Assembly: GCA_944390865.1 (NCBI GenBank)
Contig: CALXRC010000003.1
Location: 52,037-116,036, forward strand
Direction: 5' to 3'
DNA length: 64,000 nt
DNA from: an uncultured Spirochaetales bacterium
Lineage (GTDB): Bacteria > Spirochaetota > Spirochaetia > Sphaerochaetales > Sphaerochaetaceae
The notes under the pieces: generated by a model
Told to the model about the DNA's origin: nothing
Seen by the model: only the letters and a program-made list of their open reading frames with translations
Databases searched by the model: none
Shown: one piece after another, positions 47,464 to 57,265 of the stretch
Position numbering within the stretch: position 1 is the first letter of the stretch
How the letters are laid out: every line of letters begins with the position of its first letter
Program-made: the position numbers and the translations under genes

Positions 47464-49293
47464 GTGAAGTTCGCGCTCGGTTTCTACAGCCAGATATCGC
47501 AAAGTGCCCCGGCTCCTGTTCCTGCCAGGGCGCTTGCCTGCATCATCAAGCCGGTTCTGACATATATCTACAACAACCGCGACTGCCGTCTGTCCATTGC
47601 ACAGGGAAGCGCTATGACCACATATCTCAGCTGGCACTTTCCTGAAATGAACCTTCTCATCTCATCTCTTGCGAAAGCCGGTTCGCTGGAGATGATCACA
47701 TCCAGCTACAACAATGCGGTCCTTCCGCTGATTCCCCACAAGGACCGTTCAAGCTCCGTGGACAAGACAACAACGCTCATCAGGAAGACATATGGCGTCA
47801 GGGCGACCAGCCTCTGGTGCTACGGACAGATCTGGGCTCCGAGCGTGATTGCGATGATGAAGACGATCGGTCTGGACCGTCTTGTCATCTCAGGCTATGA
47901 CGCACTGAGCAGAAGAAACGGAAACCGCTCCTCATTCAGGATGAATGAACTGGGAAGGAAGATTGATGTCATCCAGTCTGATGATCATTTCTCGCGTCTT
48001 GTCAGTTCATATGCCCAGAATGAGATCTCCCTGGCCGGCCTGAAGAAAGGCCTGTCTGACTATATCAGGAACAGGGACAAAAAGGATGACCTTGTCTGCA
48101 TGATCAACCTCGACCAGCTCTGTCAGGGGGCAAGCTACAACCGCGAGGATGATGAGCAACTTGCCGACATCTTCATCTCCCTGTTCAGCCTTGCACGGGA
48201 AGAGGGCTATGCCTTTTCCCTGATGAGGGACCTTGTTCCTTCTTCCTCCGGCTATCTTCCTTCCGGCTGGTACGGCCGTGATGCGGCGTCCGGAAGTCTT
48301 GGAAGCTTCAATGAGCTTTTTTGCAGGAATGAGACATACAGGTATTATCTGGGCCGTTATCTGGCCCTGTCGGCCTTTGTCGATGAGTCAAAGAAGGACA
48401 GAGTGCTGCGAAGGCGCCTTCAGGAGATGCTTGCAGTGCTTCCTTCCGGCTCCCTTTTCATCTGCGACACCCATTCTGCCTGCCTTTCGCTTGCAGAGCA
48501 CAGGCAGTTCTACAAGACAATCCTGGAAGCGGAAAAAAGCCTTGAGGAAAACAAGCTCATGCAGACAAGCGCCGATGTGGACGATGACGGGCTTGATGAG
48601 GAGTTCTGCTACGGGCGTCAGGCCAACGCTGTCTTTTCCCTTATCGGAGGTGCGGTGCATGAGTTCTCTTCAAAGGAGCTTCTGGTCAATGTCTTTGACA
48701 CAGTCCCCGTCTGGACAAAGCAGTGCGCAGAGCAGGTCAAGACAAGAAGCTTCACTGACTGCTATGTGATCAACGGAAGGGAATACAATCTTGCAGGAGA
48801 GGTCTACAATCTTGATTCTGTCAGCCGGTCAAGGAACGAATTCTACTTTTCCTATGACAACGGAGAACTGCCGTTTTCCGTCAGCAAGCACTACAGGCTG
48901 AGCAACCAGAATCTCTATCTGTCCCATACGATTGTCAACAGGAGCTCCGAGTTCCTGAAAGGCGAGTACATTGCGACTGTCTACTTCACTCTTCCCGGAT
49001 CCAGCGCCTTTGCCTGGGATGCCAGGAAGGGCCCTCTGGTCGGAGAGTCTCTTTCCGGAATCAAGAGCGTGAGGTTCATGGACTCTTCGCGCCGCATCCA
49101 GCTTTCCTTCACAAGCACTGACTTCTTCTCTGTCGGGGAGGAGAACCGTTTCCAGAGCGAGGTGACGACACTTGGCTCTGAACAGTTTTATCTCTATACT
49201 AAGGTGCAGCTGCATTTTGCCCTTAATGTGGCGCCTGAAAGTGCGGCGAGTCTTAATATTGTGACCCGTATCTCGAGTTCAAAGGAGAAATGA
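47464..49293 (+). CDS. GH57 alpha-amylase/4-alpha-glucanotransferase-like protein lacking catalytic residues
   Basis: GH57 layout (LEMITSSY..VLPLIP..DR; GYLPSGWY; DVDDDGLDE..GGAV.E) with the HxHQP and WLxE motifs altered. Confidence 0.75.
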   Translation: MKFALGFYSQISQSAPAPVPARALACIIKPVLTYIYNNRDCRLSIAQGSAMTTYLSWHFPEMNLLISSLAKAGSLEMITSSYNNAVLPLIPHKDRSSSVDKTTTLIRKTYGVRATSLWCYGQIWAPSVIAMMKTIGLDRLVISGYDALSRRNGNRSSFRMNELGRKIDVIQSDDHFSRLVSSYAQNEISLAGLKKGLSDYIRNRDKKDDLVCMINLDQLCQGASYNREDDEQLADIFISLFSLAREEGYAFSLMRDLVPSSSGYLPSGWYGRDAASGSLGSFNELFCRNETYRYYLGRYLALSAFVDESKKDRVLRRRLQEMLAVLPSGSLFICDTHSACLSLAEHRQFYKTILEAEKSLEENKLMQTSADVDDDGLDEEFCYGRQANAVFSLIGGAVHEFSSKELLVNVFDTVPVWTKQCAEQVKTRSFTDCYVINGREYNLAGEVYNLDSVSRSRNEFYFSYDNGELPFSVSKHYRLSNQNLYLSHTIVNRSSEFLKGEYIATVYFTLPGSSAFAWDARKGPLVGESLSGIKSVRFMDSSRRIQLSFTSTDFFSVGEENRFQSEVTTLGSEQFYLYTKVQLHFALNVAPESAASLNIVTRISSSKEK

Positions 49294-50394
49294 AGATGTT
49301 TTTGCAGAACAGAGCCATGTTTGACACGATAAAAGAAGAAGCCTACACCGTCTGGAGGCGTCTTTGACTCCTCTGACACACTCTCTCAGATAAAGACGCT
49401 TGAGGAAAAGACGGCTTCTCCCGATTTCTGGAACGATAAGGATGAGGCCGAGAAGACCTTCAGTCAGCTCAACGCTCTTAAGGACAGCTACTACCCGTGG
49501 CAGAAGCTGATCAGCGACATCAGTGATATTGATGAGCTGATTGAAATGTACTCAGGAGAAGATGATGACACACTCAGCGCAGAGCTTGACCAGCAGATTC
49601 TGGATCTTGACGCTGAGTACAAGCCTCTGAAGCTCAAGACACTGCTGGACGGCAAGTTCGACAAGAATGACATGTTCCTTTCCATTCATGCAGGTGCCGG
49701 CGGAACAGAGGCCTGCGACTGGGCGAACATGCTGCTGAGAATGTATCTCAGATGGTGCGAGCGTCATGGCTTCAAGAGCGAGATTCTCGATCTGCTGGAA
49801 GATGAGGGCGGAATCAAGAGCGCTACTGTCAAGGTGTCGGGAGCCTACGCCTTCGGCTATCTCAAGGGGGAAGCCGGCGTTCACCGTCTTGTCAGAATCT
49901 CTCCGTTTGATGCGAACAAGCGCAGACACACTTCCTTCACAAGTGTCTATGCCTCTCCTGTCATTGACGATGATATAGAGATAGAGCTCAAGCCTGAGGA
50001 TTACCGTCTTGACACCTATCGTGCCGGCGGCGCTGGCGGACAGCATGTCAACAAGACTGATTCCGCTGTCAGAATCACCCATTACGCAACCGGAATTGTC
50101 GTGCAGTGCCAGAATGAGCGAAGCCAGTTCATGAATAAGGAAGTTGCCTTCAAGATGCTCCGCTCCAGGCTTTATGAGTATTACCAGAAAAAGCGAGAGG
50201 AAGAGCATCAGAAGAATGCCATTGCCAAAAAGGATATTGCCTGGGGAAGCCAGATCAGGAGCTATGTCTTCCAGCCTTACACTCTGGTCAAGGATCACAG
50301 GACCAATGTGGAGATCGGAAATATCAACGCGGTGATGGACGGTGCAATTGACCCCTTTATTGAAGCCTATCTGAACTGGGCCAAGGAAGAATAA
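49290..50394 (+). CDS. prfB: peptide chain release factor 2 (programmed +1 frameshift)
   Basis: ATG 49290 (or 49296) is in frame to GGAGG-CGT-CTT-TGA-C (49354-49368). The +1 frame continues with SPF and GGQ motifs. Confidence 0.95.
49354..49368 (+). other. prfB autoregulatory +1 frameshift site
   Basis: Internal SD GGAGG 3 nt before CTT TGA C. Confidence 0.93.
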
Positions 50395-50396
50395 CT

Positions 50397-51602
50397 GTGC
50401 CCAGAAAGACCGTCTGCCTGATACTGCTGCTGTCCCTTTCCTGCCTGCTGTCAGCCTCAGCGCTGAGAGCAGGCCTGGCTGCAAGCCCCAGTGCAGACTG
50501 GGCTGAACCTGTCCTGACTTCTTTCCTGACTCTCCTGCCTGCCAATGATGAGCTTGAGGAGCTGAACAGGACCAATGCGGAAAAAAAGGAAGTCAGAGAC
50601 GCTGAAATGCATATCCACAGCGACCTGGCGGCAGAGAGGGAAACGGATTATGTCCCTCAGGAATACCAGGCCTACTATTTATCCGATCCGGCCTGGGAAA
50701 TTGTGAGCCTGTCGGTTGAGGAAGACTTCCTGCTTGATGAGACGATGCTGTCCTATTACAGCCTGCGTGACGAGCTTGATCTGATCTTTGTCTTTACCGC
50801 CTCAGAGGAAGGAGCCCTTTCATACGCAGCTGTCCATGTCTGGTGCGGCGGCAGGACAGAGACTGTTTTTGATGTCCTGTACCGTACACAGGATGAAGAG
50901 GAGCTGCCGCTTCAGATCCTGAGTGCGCTTGCCGCGCGCTTTGATCCCAGTCTTGCGGTGCTTGATCTTACTTCCTATCCTTCCTGCCGCCTTTTCACAC
51001 AGGACGACAGCGAGATTCCCACAGCTTCCGGCTATGCCTTTGTCCCTTCGGACCTTGATGCTGTGAGACTCTCTGCACCGGGCTATGAGGATCTTGAGCT
51101 GAGCCTTGATTTTTCTTCCGGACGCTCTTATTCGGTTGATGCAGAGCCTGCAGCGCTTGAGACCGGAGAGGTGACTGTGACGGCCTATCCGTGGGGCACT
51201 GAAGCAAGCCTGTTCGCGCTCCCTGTGGCCTCCCTCCCGCTGACAACGAGCTTTCAGCAGTCAAGTGTCCTGATGACGCTGACAAGTCCTGGCTTTGCCC
51301 AGGAAAGCATACAGCTGACGCCGCAGCAGTCATTTTACTCTGTCAGCCTGAAGCCTCAGTGGATGGCAGAAGACGGCAGAATCGAAAGCTCGAAGGATGA
51401 AATGTACCGTTCAATGCGCAATACCTTGCTCAGCTTCGGACTGTATGTCATCATGTCATCAATCCAGACAATATATCCTGACCAGAGTGCCTGGACCGGC
51501 ATTGCAAGCGGCTTTGCGGCCGGCATCAGCGTGCTGAATCTGGCAGACTTCATCCATGACATGCTGGCCTACTACAACACGGCAAAGCAAGTCTATCTAT
51601 GA
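50397..51602 (+). CDS. exported/membrane hypothetical protein with PEGA-like segments
   Basis: Signal peptide, LSAPGYE and LTSPGFA beta-motifs, and a C-terminal hydrophobic hairpin. Confidence 0.65.
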   Translation: MPRKTVCLILLLSLSCLLSASALRAGLAASPSADWAEPVLTSFLTLLPANDELEELNRTNAEKKEVRDAEMHIHSDLAAERETDYVPQEYQAYYLSDPAWEIVSLSVEEDFLLDETMLSYYSLRDELDLIFVFTASEEGALSYAAVHVWCGGRTETVFDVLYRTQDEEELPLQILSALAARFDPSLAVLDLTSYPSCRLFTQDDSEIPTASGYAFVPSDLDAVRLSAPGYEDLELSLDFSSGRSYSVDAEPAALETGEVTVTAYPWGTEASLFALPVASLPLTTSFQQSSVLMTLTSPGFAQESIQLTPQQSFYSVSLKPQWMAEDGRIESSKDEMYRSMRNTLLSFGLYVIMSSIQTIYPDQSAWTGIASGFAAGISVLNLADFIHDMLAYYNTAKQVYL

Positions 51603-51614
51603 GGAGAGCAGACA

Positions 51615-52490
51615 ATGTTCAACAAATTCAGGGAAAAGCTTAAAGGGCTTTTCTCTTCCAGAAAAATTGATGAGTCGTTCTTTGAGGAACTTGAGGATAC
51701 CCTGATTGAGGGGGATTTAGGCGCAAGGCTGACGGATGAGATCATCGAGAAGCTGAGAAAAGAGGCCAGAGAGGAGAAGGCAAAGACAGTGGAAGAGCTG
51801 CAGGTCATAATGAAAGAGCTCCTTTCTCCCTATGTCGTCACTGCTGATGCAGCGCTGGCTGAGGGCGGGCTGAATGTCTTTCTCGTACTCGGCGTCAACG
51901 GTGTCGGCAAGACGACAAGCATAGCCAAGATGGCTTCTTATTACACGGACAGAGGCAAGAAAGTCCTGCTTGCCGCAGCTGACACTTTCCGCGCTGCCGC
52001 AGTTGATCAGCTCGACATCCATGCCAAGCGTCTGGGCATGAGGATCGTAAAGCAGTCGAACGGAAGCGATCCCGGTGCGGTTGTCTATGATGCGCTCACC
52101 TCGGCTCTTGCCCATGGCGATGATCTCATCCTTGCTGATACAGCCGGACGAATGCACAACAAGGAGAACCTGATGAAGGAGCTGCAGAAAATCGACAAGA
52201 TCATCAGCAGCAGGGGAATCGCGCCAGAACGCTACAAGAAGCTGCTTGTCATTGATGCCACAACAGGCCAGAACGGACTGTCCCAGGCCATGCTCTTCAA
52301 TTCCGCTGTCAGGCTTGACGGCGTGATCCTGACAAAGTACGACTCTGCGGCAAAGGGCGGAGCTCTGGTCCAGATAGGCCAGCAGCTCGGACTGCCAATT
52401 CTCTTTGTCGGAACAGGCGAAAAGTATTCAGACATTCATCCCTTTGACAAGGAAGAGTTCCTGAATGCGCTGGTGGGAATAGGAGACTGA
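51615..52490 (+). CDS. ftsY: SRP receptor FtsY
   Basis: GVNGVGKTT, DTFRAAA, DTAGR, TKYD..AKGG. Confidence 0.96.
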   Translation: MFNKFREKLKGLFSSRKIDESFFEELEDTLIEGDLGARLTDEIIEKLRKEAREEKAKTVEELQVIMKELLSPYVVTADAALAEGGLNVFLVLGVNGVGKTTSIAKMASYYTDRGKKVLLAAADTFRAAAVDQLDIHAKRLGMRIVKQSNGSDPGAVVYDALTSALAHGDDLILADTAGRMHNKENLMKELQKIDKIISSRGIAPERYKKLLVIDATTGQNGLSQAMLFNSAVRLDGVILTKYDSAAKGGALVQIGQQLGLPILFVGTGEKYSDIHPFDKEEFLNALVGIGD

Positions 52491-52495
52491 CGTCC

Positions 52496-53401
52496 TTGCT
52501 GGCTTTCCTGGTGTGCTTCCTTCTTGCCTCAGTTCCGCTCAGCGGAGCTGTGTTTTCTTCCAATGCCCTCATGCAGCCGCTTGAGGAGATCTCGTCCATC
52601 CCGTCTGAGGGCTATGCTCTGGTGAGGGACGGCAGTTCTGATTATCTCTATCTTGACGGTGCTGTCGTGAAGACAGTCACGAGAGAAGGCGGGCAGGAGG
52701 TGACAAGGGAAGGCGGCAGTGAGAGCATCAGGACATTCTCTGACGGCCGGCTGGTAAGTGAACAGCGTCCTGACGGCACTGTTCTGCAGTATGATTATTC
52801 TGAAAACGGAACATTAAGAAGGATTGAATATATTGCTGACGGCGAGACAGTCAGGGTGGTTCAGTACAACTGGTCTCCTGTCAGCGGGCTTGATGCCGTG
52901 ATCGACATCACAAATGATGATGCTGTCTTCTACAGCAGCGGCAGTCTGTCGCTGAGGGACGGCGGGGTGGTGAAGGTCCTTTCTCCTTCCCTTATGGCAA
53001 GTGAGCTCGCCTTGTCCCGTCCCGGGAGCGTGCAGCCTGATGAGAACGGCATGCGTACTGTGACGGTGAATCAGGATGACGGATATCTAACCTCCGTCTA
53101 TGATCCTCAGCTCCGTCTTGTCAGCGAATCGTTCTCGAGTGCAGGAGCTGAGGAGTGGAGGAGGGACTATGTCTATGATGAGACAGGTGAGCTTGCTGAA
53201 GAGCGTTTCCGGGAAGGCGGCAGCCTCACAGTGACTGCAGGCAGCACTGTCACGCGGTACACAGAAGGAGAAATTGACAGCGTCACCGCTGTCCTGGATG
53301 ATGGAACCTATCTCAGGACAAGATACCGGGACTCAAGGCCTTGGGCTGAGATCCATTATGATGCAGACAGAGTGAGAGTGCTTGGAGTGAGGATGCTTTG
53401 A
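52496..53401 (+). CDS. exported hypothetical beta-repeat protein (YD/MORN-like)
   Basis: Signal peptide and repeated Y..DG.L..E strands. Confidence 0.65.
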   Translation: MLAFLVCFLLASVPLSGAVFSSNALMQPLEEISSIPSEGYALVRDGSSDYLYLDGAVVKTVTREGGQEVTREGGSESIRTFSDGRLVSEQRPDGTVLQYDYSENGTLRRIEYIADGETVRVVQYNWSPVSGLDAVIDITNDDAVFYSSGSLSLRDGGVVKVLSPSLMASELALSRPGSVQPDENGMRTVTVNQDDGYLTSVYDPQLRLVSESFSSAGAEEWRRDYVYDETGELAEERFREGGSLTVTAGSTVTRYTEGEIDSVTAVLDDGTYLRTRYRDSRPWAEIHYDADRVRVLGVRML

Positions 53402-54498
53402 CAAAGGATATTGTTCTCCGCTATTTGTTTTCAAAACACAACAGGCACCTGACCAGAGTGGTCAGGATCACCCTGACTCTGGCTTTGTCAACTGTGATAA
53501 TGCTTACAATCCTCTCAATCATGGATTACATGCAGTCCCAGCAGCTTGATGCGGTGAAGCAGACAAGAAGCTTTCCTGTGACTGTGATGGCTGACACGCC
53601 TGCTGATGCCGAGGCTCTGGCAGGCGGGTACGCCAAGTATGCTGAGGTGTTTGCCTACAAGGAGACTTTCGGCCTCATTGATGACGGGGCACAGACGCGC
53701 GGCGTGAGCGTGCGCTATATTGACAGCAGCTATGACGGGGGACTTTTCACAACAGGCTCTGTTCCTGAAAGCGGCATTTTCCTTCCTTACAGGCTTTACT
53801 GGGCCTCTCCTGTCTCCTCTGTTTTCCTGTCTGTGATGGAGGAAGGCAGGGCGGCACGTCTTGTTCCGCGCACTTATGAGTATCCTGTCCAGGGGTTTTT
53901 CCAGACCAGCCTGAGCGCTTTTGACTCATCCGTGGTCTTTCTTCCGCTTGAGCTTGCGGATTCATCCCTTGCGTATACTGTCGCTTTCACAGATCTGAAA
54001 GTAAGCGAAGAGACCCTTGCCGCCATGCTCAGCAGGGACGGCTGGGATCCTGTGCTGTGGAGTGAGAGAGAGGGAACGCTTTATTCATCCCTCATTCTTG
54101 AGAAAACGGTTATGTCCGTGCTCCTGCTTTCGCTTTATCTGATTGTGTCTGTGCAGATAGCACAGGGTGCGGCAGCTCTTGCTCAGAGCAAGAAAAGAGA
54201 GATTGCAGCGTTTTACCTCATGGGCATAGGGAAAAACAGGCTTGCGGCCAGGTTTGCCGCAGCAGGCCCTGTCCTGATCCTTGTCTCTTCTCTGACAGGG
54301 CTTGTCATGACGCTGTGCCTTCTGGCTGTGCTGCCTCATGTGCTCGGCCTGCTGTCAGGTGTCCGTTTCTCGGTTGACATACTCTGGTTTGCCGCCCTCA
54401 CTGCGGCAATGATGATGCTTTCTTTTGCCGCCTGGTTCTATGAGTTCAGGATCAGATGCGGCGAAAAGTCCATTATGGAGGTGCTGAGCGCAGTATGA
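53398..54498 (+). CDS. LolC/E-like (FtsX-family) ABC permease
   Basis: LRYLF start, one TM, periplasmic domain, then three TM; LEKTVM and KKREIA motifs. Confidence 0.78.
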   Translation: MTKDIVLRYLFSKHNRHLTRVVRITLTLALSTVIMLTILSIMDYMQSQQLDAVKQTRSFPVTVMADTPADAEALAGGYAKYAEVFAYKETFGLIDDGAQTRGVSVRYIDSSYDGGLFTTGSVPESGIFLPYRLYWASPVSSVFLSVMEEGRAARLVPRTYEYPVQGFFQTSLSAFDSSVVFLPLELADSSLAYTVAFTDLKVSEETLAAMLSRDGWDPVLWSEREGTLYSSLILEKTVMSVLLLSLYLIVSVQIAQGAAALAQSKKREIAAFYLMGIGKNRLAARFAAAGPVLILVSSLTGLVMTLCLLAVLPHVLGLLSGVRFSVDILWFAALTAAMMMLSFAAWFYEFRIRCGEKSIMEVLSAV

Positions 54499-55175
54499 GC
54501 GAAGTGTTGCGGCTTGAGAATATTTCGATGAGCTTTCCTTCTCCCGGCGGACAGGGAGAGCTCGAGATTCTGAAAAACATCAGCCTGAGTGTGGAAAAGG
54601 GCGCCTCCGTCTCCGTCATGGGCCGGAGCGGGAGCGGAAAAAGCACGCTGCTTTATGTCTCCTCGCTGATTGAGAGGCCCACAGGCGGAAATGTCTACTG
54701 CAGCGGCCGGAAGGCGACAGACCTGTCAGAGAGGCAGCTTGCTGCCCTCAGGCGCGATATGATGGGCTTTGTCTTTCAGAACAGCCTGCTCATGGAAGAC
54801 TTCACGGCGCTTGAGAATGTCATGCTCCCGCTGATGAACAGAGGGGAAGGCAGAAAGAAAGCTTCTCTTGCCGCCATGCAGGCACTTGAGGCGATGGGGC
54901 TGGCAGACAGGGCCGGACACAGACCCTTCGAGCTGTCTGGAGGCGAGCGTCAGCGCACTGCCATAGCACGTGCCATGGTCACCAGGCCGGAAATAATCTT
55001 TGCCGATGAGCCTACCGGGGCGCTTGATGAGTCCAGCCAGCGTGTGGTTGAGGACATTTTCGCAGCGCTGGCGGATGAGGGCATTGCCCTGCTGCTTGTG
55101 ACTCATGATCCGGATTTCGCGCTCCGCATGAAGCAGCGCTATATTCTTGAGCATAAGGAGCTCCGTCAATGCTGA
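54495..55175 (+). CDS. lolD: LolD-like ABC ATP-binding protein
   Basis: GRSGSGKST, GFVFQ, TALENVMLP, LSGGERQR, ADEPTG.LD. Confidence 0.8.
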   Translation: MSEVLRLENISMSFPSPGGQGELEILKNISLSVEKGASVSVMGRSGSGKSTLLYVSSLIERPTGGNVYCSGRKATDLSERQLAALRRDMMGFVFQNSLLMEDFTALENVMLPLMNRGEGRKKASLAAMQALEAMGLADRAGHRPFELSGGERQRTAIARAMVTRPEIIFADEPTGALDESSQRVVEDIFAALADEGIALLLVTHDPDFALRMKQRYILEHKELRQC

Positions 55176-56311
55176 ATGAGGGCCTGAAGTTCTATGTAGA
55201 GAAGAAGACAGGAAAGGGGCAGAGCCTTGGATGGAGGCTGAAAAGAGCCCAGAGGACTCTTCTGCTGGCCTTCATCTCCATGGTCCTGAGCTTTGCGGTT
55301 GTGCTCTCTGCCTCAATGGCGGAAAGCCTGGACATTGTCCTTCAGTATCTTGGAGGCGGAAGCGTCAGCACATCCAGGCTTCCTGACTCATCCCTGCTTC
55401 CTTCTGATGCTGCCGTATTCAGCGTGCAGAACGCATCTGCGATCGCCTTCTCTGCTTCATCACAGGCGCTTGTGAACATCAGAGGCGTTGATGATGATTA
55501 TTTTTTTCCTCAGCGCGCACAGGCCCTTGGCCTGAAGCTTGACAGCAGAAGCTCAAATCTGGAAGGCATCATAATCTCATCTCAGACTGCCTCAATGCTT
55601 TCAGTGAGCCCGGGAGACAGGCTCACGCTCATGGTCTATGACAGCCAGGAGGGGCGGGTCCGTCCTGTCTTTGTGTTTGTCAGGGGAACTTACAATACGG
55701 GATATTCTGAGTTTGACTCGTCATTTGTCTTTTCATCCAAAAGAGTTGCAGGCTCTGCTGATGAGTATGAGATCATGACTGAAGCTGATGCTGAGGCTCT
55801 TGCCCTGGCGCTGAGAAGCTCCGGTTATGATGCGCTCAGCTATACTGAACGCTATGCTGCTGCATATGAGAATATCAGCCTGTCGATTTTCTTTATTGAC
55901 CTGATTGTCGTGCTGATCGGTCTTCTTGCAGGCCTCTTTGCACTCAACATCTGCGCCCAGTACATTGAAAATGACAGGAGGGACATTGCCCTGATGATGC
56001 TGACAGGCTGCGATGAGAAGCAGATGGCCGGCTGCTATCTCAGGATAACGTTCATCCGCGTGATCTATGCCCTTGTTGCCGGCATGGCTGCCGGGATTCT
56101 CCTGGCCTTTGCCTTCATTCCGATGCTCTCATCTCTGGACACTGCACAGTTCAGGGCCCTGCACAGTTATGTGACAAATATCCGCATCTGTGTGCCGGCA
56201 GGCACGCTTGTGCTCACGGCTCTTGCCCTGGCCGCATCAGCCTTTGTCTCGCTCGCCATCAGCCTCCACAGGGGGATAAGCATGCGCTTTCACACGGCAC
56301 TTGTTTCCTGA
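55169..56311 (+). CDS. LolC/E-like ABC permease
   Basis: FtsX/MacB topology, V.GTYNTGYSEFD. Confidence 0.78.
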   Translation: MLNEGLKFYVEKKTGKGQSLGWRLKRAQRTLLLAFISMVLSFAVVLSASMAESLDIVLQYLGGGSVSTSRLPDSSLLPSDAAVFSVQNASAIAFSASSQALVNIRGVDDDYFFPQRAQALGLKLDSRSSNLEGIIISSQTASMLSVSPGDRLTLMVYDSQEGRVRPVFVFVRGTYNTGYSEFDSSFVFSSKRVAGSADEYEIMTEADAEALALALRSSGYDALSYTERYAAAYENISLSIFFIDLIVVLIGLLAGLFALNICAQYIENDRRDIALMMLTGCDEKQMAGCYLRITFIRVIYALVAGMAAGILLAFAFIPMLSSLDTAQFRALHSYVTNIRICVPAGTLVLTALALAASAFVSLAISLHRGISMRFHTALVS

Positions 56312-56341
56312 AGCCCTGATTCTATATACTTTCTAGCTGAA

Positions 56342-57265
56342 ATGAACTTTGAAGTATTCAGCCTTGGAACAAGCGGGATGATGCCGCTGCCCGGACGCTT
56401 CCTCACAAGTGTCCTTCTCAGAAGAGAAGGCGAGATGTATCTTTTTGACTGCGGGGAAGGCACCCAGATCTCACTGAAGAAGCTCAATCTCAGCTGGAAG
56501 AAGATCAGCAGGATTTTCATCAGCCACATGCATGCGGATCATGTGACCGGACTGCCCGGCCTCCTGATGCTGTCAAGTCAGGTTGACCGGACCGAGCCTC
56601 TTCATATCTACGGACCCCAGAGGCTGGGAGAGTACATTGAGGCCAGCCGCCGCATCCTCGACATGTATATAAACTACGAGATAATCTTCACGCCTGTCTC
56701 GGAGGGGCTTGTCTTTGAATCTGACGAGCTTACTGTGAACGCGTTCACTCTTGATCACACTAAGCTGTGCTATGGCTACTCTGTGGTGGAGAAGAGCAGG
56801 GCGGGGGAATTCAGCGTTGAGAAGGCTCTGGCCCATAAGGTTGAGCGCGGTCCTCTGTGGGCTGCGCTGCAGAGAGGGGAAACAGTGCTCAATCAGGATG
56901 GGGAGCCGGTGAGTCCTGACATGATTCTCGGACCCCGCAGGGCCGGGCGCAAGTTCACGTACATCACTGACACTGCCTATTTCCCCCAGCTTGCGGATTT
57001 CGCCCATCACAGCGACATCCTTTTCTGCGAGGCCATGTTTGATTCGTCCCTTGCTGCTGATGCCGCAGAGAAAAAGCATATGACAGCCGCTCAGGCCGCT
57101 TCTGTCGCTCTGGACTCTGAGTCCGCGATGCTGTGCCTGCAGCACTATTCGCCGCGCTACAGCGACAAACAGCTGAAGATACTGGAGACAGAGGCGAAAT
57201 CAGTCTTTGAGAACACTGTGCTCACACGCGACAGGATGTGCTTTGACATACCGCTGAAAGATTAA
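56342..57265 (+). CDS. rnz: ribonuclease Z
   Basis: LGTSGMMP, FDCGEGTQ, SHMHADH, HMTA, HYSPRY. Confidence 0.93.
   Translation: MNFEVFSLGTSGMMPLPGRFLTSVLLRREGEMYLFDCGEGTQISLKKLNLSWKKISRIFISHMHADHVTGLPGLLMLSSQVDRTEPLHIYGPQRLGEYIEASRRILDMYINYEIIFTPVSEGLVFESDELTVNAFTLDHTKLCYGYSVVEKSRAGEFSVEKALAHKVERGPLWAALQRGETVLNQDGEPVSPDMILGPRRAGRKFTYITDTAYFPQLADFAHHSDILFCEAMFDSSLAADAAEKKHMTAAQAASVALDSESAMLCLQHYSPRYSDKQLKILETEAKSVFENTVLTRDRMCFDIPLKD

Noticed and set aside
49290-49545. prfB as a truncated gene or pseudogene
   Set aside because: The in-frame TGA is the canonical programmed +1 frameshift site.
52496-53401. RHS/YD polymorphic toxin
   Set aside because: Short, no RHS core (PxxxxDPxG), no toxin tip or immunity gene; housekeeping operon context.
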